This document shows positions 56,551-60,216 of a stretch of DNA of 60,216 nt, in pieces. A model generated the notes under the pieces. That model was not told where the DNA came from. It did not search any database and saw only the letters and a list, made by a program, of their open reading frames with translations. Within the stretch, counting starts at the first letter, position 1; each line of letters opens with the position of its first letter. Both the position numbers and the translations under genes were made by a program. Source of the DNA: Anaerolineae bacterium (GTDB lineage: Bacteria; Chloroflexota; Anaerolineae; CG2-30-64-16); NCBI GenBank assembly GCA_034429055.1, contig DAOUGK010000025.1:1-60216 (forward strand), written 5' to 3'.

Positions 56551-57243
56551 CTACGCATCCACCTGGGCAACCACACGCAGCCTGGCGCGATCCAAAATCC
56601 GGATTTGCTGGCGTTCGACGTGGATCAGCCCAGCCAGCGCAAGTTTACGCAACGCACGGTTAACCACGTCCGGCACGGTGCCGAGGCGCGCCGCCATCTC
56701 GGCTTGCGTGGCCCAACGCCGGCGCTGGACTGCGTCTCCCTCCGCTCCCTGCAATAACAGCCGCGCCAGGCGCACTTCCACCGAATGCAGCGACAGGTCC
56801 TCCACCATGCGCATGAGGTGCATTACACGTCCAGCCAGGTCCTTCACAACCTGCCGCGCCAACTCTGGATGTTCATCCAGCATGCTCAACAGCACCGCGC
56901 GCCGAACGATCCAGACCTGGGAGGTCTCCAACGCAGTGACCGTGGCCTGATTCGGAGCATCGGTGAAGACACTGATCGCGTTGAATGCCTCGCCGGGGCC
57001 CAGCGTTTGCAGCACCTGCTCGCGGCCATCCAGCCCGATCTTGACGACCCGCAGCCAACCGCGTTCCACCACGTGTAAGCCCTCGCATGGCTCACCTTCC
57101 AGCAGGATCACTTGCCCCGCGTCATAGACGCGACGAGTTGCGGATTGCGCCACCAAATCCAAAGCAGCCGCGTCCATGTCGGAAAAGTAGGATACGGCCT
57201 TCAATAACCTGGCCGTGTTCTGCAGGGCCTCGTCTCTATCCAT
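56551..57243 (-). CDS. Crp/Fnr-family transcriptional regulator (mirror copy)
   Basis: Exact twin of 2974-3666. Confidence 0.9.
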   Translation of the reverse strand: MDRDEALQNTARLLKAVSYFSDMDAAALDLVAQSATRRVYDAGQVILLEGEPCEGLHVVERGWLRVVKIGLDGREQVLQTLGPGEAFNAISVFTDAPNQATVTALETSQVWIVRRAVLLSMLDEHPELARQVVKDLAGRVMHLMRMVEDLSLHSVEVRLARLLLQGAEGDAVQRRRWATQAEMAARLGTVPDVVNRALRKLALAGLIHVERQQIRILDRARLRVVAQVDA

Positions 57244-57389
57244 GTTGCCTCACATCCGTAGCGGTACACCTGATCGCGATTATACATCCGGTTGCTGCAT
57301 TCCCGACTTAAGTCGTTCCGCCGCCGGCAGGCTGGGCTTATACTCGAAACAGTGACGCCTATTGAAGTTCACCAGAGGAGAAGCATAGA

Positions 57390-57785
57390 ATGAAAAATAC
57401 CCTGTACAAAATCGCCGCGATTCTCGCCCTGGTTATCGGCGCGATGGCGGTCTTCGCCGGCGGCAGCGCCCTGCTGGGCCGGGATCCGGGCTACTATGTG
57501 ATCAACTGGCTGCTGCTCTACAACTACACGGCCGGTATTCTGACGGTCCTGGTGACCACCGTCCTCATCTGGACAAAGAGCAGGCTGGCCCTGCCCGCTG
57601 CCATCGCGACCTTCGGCGTGCATGCCCTGGTCATGCTTACCCTCCAGGTGGCCTACCGCGCGGTCGTCGCGACGGACAGTATCAGGGCGATGACCATACG
57701 CCTGATTGTGTGGGCCATCATCCTGGCCCTGATGTGGGTGCAGACGCGCAAGAACGAGACTCGGGTTCAACCTCTTGCCTCGTAG
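57390..57785 (+). CDS. Integral membrane protein, hypothetical (mirror copy)
   Basis: Exact twin of 2432-2827. Confidence 0.7.
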   Translation: MKNTLYKIAAILALVIGAMAVFAGGSALLGRDPGYYVINWLLLYNYTAGILTVLVTTVLIWTKSRLALPAAIATFGVHALVMLTLQVAYRAVVATDSIRAMTIRLIVWAIILALMWVQTRKNETRVQPLAS

Positions 57786-57816
57786 TTCGAGCGCATGGTT
57801 CACGGGAGGCGTGACG

Positions 57817-58092
57817 ATGCAACACGACCCGGCCGTCCCGGATGAAAGCCTGCGTGCGGAGATCATGGCGGCCCTGGCGGTGGACAGCCGCACCGCCCAC
57901 ACCGGCCTGCGCGTCGGCGTGCTGCACGGCATCGTCCACCTGGCCGGTGCAGCCGACAGCCTGGCTGAACGCGCGGCAGCCGAAACGCTGGCCGCACAGA
58001 CGCCGGGCGTACGCGGAGTCGTAAATCGGATCGCGGCGCCCGGCGCTCCCAGCCCAACGCGAAAGATCGACCTGAACCTGAAGACCAGGTAA
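57817..58092 (+). CDS. BON domain-containing protein (mirror copy)
   Basis: Exact twin of 2125-2400. Confidence 0.75.
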   Translation: MQHDPAVPDESLRAEIMAALAVDSRTAHTGLRVGVLHGIVHLAGAADSLAERAAAETLAAQTPGVRGVVNRIAAPGAPSPTRKIDLNLKTR

Positions 58093-58120
58093 CAATCTTA
58101 AGGATGCGAGGTATTCACAC

Positions 58121-58396
58121 GTGACGAAGTTCTTGAGCAAGTGGTTTCGCAAGTTCCATCGTTGGATCGCCGTGCCGACCGCAATCGCGATCCCGGTCGC
58201 TGTCGTCATCAAGCTGTTGGGGGATCCGCAGCTCGCAGCTACCTGGGAAAGGCTGGAGCAGATCCCATCCATCCTGATGCTGGTCATGGCCATCAGCGGA
58301 GCGTACCTGCTGCTACTGCCCTATATCGTCAAGGGGCAGCGCAAGAAGAAAACGGACGCCACTCCGAAGGGGAGACCATCAGTCGTGGCTGAATGA
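58121..58396 (+). CDS. Small membrane protein, hypothetical (mirror copy)
   Basis: Exact twin of 1821-2096. Confidence 0.6.
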   Translation: MTKFLSKWFRKFHRWIAVPTAIAIPVAVVIKLLGDPQLAATWERLEQIPSILMLVMAISGAYLLLLPYIVKGQRKKKTDATPKGRPSVVAE

Positions 58397-58417
58397 CTTC
58401 AAATAGATGTATCCAAT

Positions 58418-58657
58418 GTGCCGCCCGCGATCGAGGTCAAGAGCACAGTCGGCGCGGGCGATGCGGTGATCGCGGGGACCGTCGCGGGCAAGCTGCGCGG
58501 CCTGCCGCTGGCCGAATGTGCGCGGCTGGCAACGGCATTCTCCGTCGCCGCCCTCGGTCATATCGGGTCGGGGCTGCCATCGGTCGCGGCTGTCGAGGCC
58601 GCGCAGAAACGCGTGAACTACCCGCCGTTCTCGGCCCTGCACCTGCCCCGCGCTTGA
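58418..58657 (+). pseudogene. 3' relic of a PfkB-family kinase gene (mirror copy)
   Basis: Exact twin of 1560-1799. Confidence 0.8.
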
Positions 58658-58766
58658 CTGAGAGGCAGGAATTGAACCGCGAAGACGCTAAGAGCGCAAA
58701 GCCAAGGCTTCAGTCTTAGAGGGCGTTTGAAAAGTCCGAACCCATACTCACGCAAAGGCGCAAAGG

Positions 58767-60210
58767 GCTGTAATTCCAACAGATCCTTAACAACCGAATA
58801 GCGTTAGCTGGTGTGGGGCTGGCGGTGGAAAGCAGCAGCCATCTGAGCGACAATGTGCTTAGCGAAGTACATTCCAGACCAGAAAGGCTGCTGCTATGAC
58901 TGATTCTACCGCCAAACGGCGCCATCGCGGGCGTCAGACCCTCTCGCCCAATCAGCTCGACCAGGAGTTCGCCCAGGCCGCCGTGCTGCGCCAACAGCCG
59001 CAGCGCCGTGCCGCCAGCAGCCGGGGCCAGACCGAGTGGGCCAAACGGGAAGCTGATCGGTTACGGCAGGCGCGGCGCCAGCAGCTGCGCCGGTTGGGCT
59101 GGCCCAAGTTGCTCGGTGAACTCGTCCGGCGGCGGGTCAAGGCGGTGCGCTACTACGAACATTGGCGCCAGCACGGGCGTGAAGCGGCGGCGGCCAGCCG
59201 GTGTGCCCATAAGTTTCAAGTCAGCGTCCCCACCGTGCGGCGCTGGTGGCGCCTGTATCGCCAGGGTGGGGTGGCCGCCTTGCTGCCCAAACGGCCCGGC
59301 CCCGCGCCGGCCCCGCGCCAGATCGCCGTGGCGACCGAACTGCTGGTCGTCGCCTTGCGCCGCCTGCTGGGCTGGAACGAGAAACGCCTGGCGGCGGAGT
59401 TGGCCCAGCGCGGTCTGGCGCAGCTCAGTCACACCAGCATCGGCCGCATCTTCCGGCGCTATCACTTGCCCACCCGCACTTACCACAGCCTGGCCAAGTG
59501 CGATGGCATTCCCAGACAACGCTATGAGATGGCGATGCCCAACCAGCAGTGGCACATGGACTTTGCCGAAACCACCCTGCGCGATGGCACCCGGATCACC
59601 TTCGTCGTGCTCATCGATGACCAGTCGCGTTTCTGCCTGACCTGCCACACGGTACCCGATATGACCGTCGCCACGGCCCTGAGCGTCAGCGAGACGGCGT
59701 TCCAGCGCTTTGGCCGCCCCCAGCAGGTGGTCACCGATAACGGCCGGGCCTTTGTCAGTGTCTACGAGGACGTGCCCACCCGTTTTGGCCGCCAACTGCA
59801 CGACTACGGCATCCGCCACTGCCGCACCGCCGTGTACTATCCCGAAGGCAACGGCAAGGCCGAAGCTATGGTCAAAATCCTGAAGCGGGAAGCCCTGCGC
59901 CAGCGCTGTGCCACGCAGGCCGAAGTCGAGGCGGCGCTGGCCGCCTTCGTGCCGTACTACAACTACTACCGGCTGCATGGCAGCCTGGCCTATCACACGC
60001 CTGCCTCGCGCTACTGCGGCTGTCCGACCCCGGCCCAGCATGGGCTGGCCGGCATCCCGGCCCTGCCGCCCGCGCTGCAGGACGCCTATCCGCCCGCAGT
60101 ACAGGCGCCCGCGGTCGTGACTGACCTGGCTTACTGGAAGCGCCGGTCCGCGCTCGTACCGCTGGACTACTAACGCTATTCGGTTGTTAAGGATCTGTTG
60201 GAATTACAGC
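58767..60210 (+). mobile_element. IS481-like insertion sequence (mirror copy)
   Basis: Exact twin of 7-1450. Confidence 0.85.
58896..60173 (+). CDS. DDE transposase (mirror copy)
   Basis: Exact twin of 44-1321. Confidence 0.92.
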   Translation: MTDSTAKRRHRGRQTLSPNQLDQEFAQAAVLRQQPQRRAASSRGQTEWAKREADRLRQARRQQLRRLGWPKLLGELVRRRVKAVRYYEHWRQHGREAAAASRCAHKFQVSVPTVRRWWRLYRQGGVAALLPKRPGPAPAPRQIAVATELLVVALRRLLGWNEKRLAAELAQRGLAQLSHTSIGRIFRRYHLPTRTYHSLAKCDGIPRQRYEMAMPNQQWHMDFAETTLRDGTRITFVVLIDDQSRFCLTCHTVPDMTVATALSVSETAFQRFGRPQQVVTDNGRAFVSVYEDVPTRFGRQLHDYGIRHCRTAVYYPEGNGKAEAMVKILKREALRQRCATQAEVEAALAAFVPYYNYYRLHGSLAYHTPASRYCGCPTPAQHGLAGIPALPPALQDAYPPAVQAPAVVTDLAYWKRRSALVPLDY

Positions 60211-60216
60211 GCAAAG

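Overview
The 60,216-nt window is a single perfect palindrome with no spacer. Bases 30109-60216 are the exact reverse complement of 1-30108, with the axis between 30108 and 30109. Only 30,108 nt are unique, and every feature occurs twice as a mirror image at x -> 60217-x. I checked this at both ends, at the axis and at one internal 60-mer. Every ORF in the supplied track also has an identical mirrored twin. I did not check base by base. A foldback or missed-hairpin-adapter sequencing or assembly artefact is the most likely explanation, because long perfect palindromes are not stably maintained in bacteria. A real inverted duplication or a hairpin-ended molecule must be excluded using the raw reads.

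The unique 30.1 kb looks like high-GC bacterial chromosomal DNA, possibly Chloroflexota-like, though I cannot confirm that. From the outer end to the axis it contains:
- an IS481-like IS with 41-bp perfect inverted repeats, 6 nt from the window edge;
- a 3' relic of a PfkB-family kinase gene;
- small membrane and BON-domain proteins;
- a Crp/Fnr regulator;
- a 1219-aa, apparently cytoplasmic, all-in-one sensor-regulator (LacI-type ligand-binding domain, GAF-like region, histidine kinase, two receiver domains, AraC HTH);
- a stand-alone LacI-type HTH mini-gene, followed by a 15-bp direct-repeat array;
- a CUT1-type ABC sugar importer (binding protein plus two permeases, no ATPase);
- two GH16 laminarinase-type enzymes, one a 1409-aa multidomain protein ending in three near-identical 516-bp modules;
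- two GH94-like glycoside-phosphorylase-type proteins, the larger carrying two in-frame GC-rich palindromic insertions;
- a convergent carboxylesterase-PfkB kinase pair;
- tRNA-Val(CAC);
- an anchored hypothetical protein;
- two secreted GH5-like TIM-barrel glycosidases.

The most interesting biology is a predicted phosphorolytic beta-1,3-glucan utilisation locus controlled by the unusual hybrid sensor. All functional calls come from motif recognition by eye and need HMM or BLAST confirmation.
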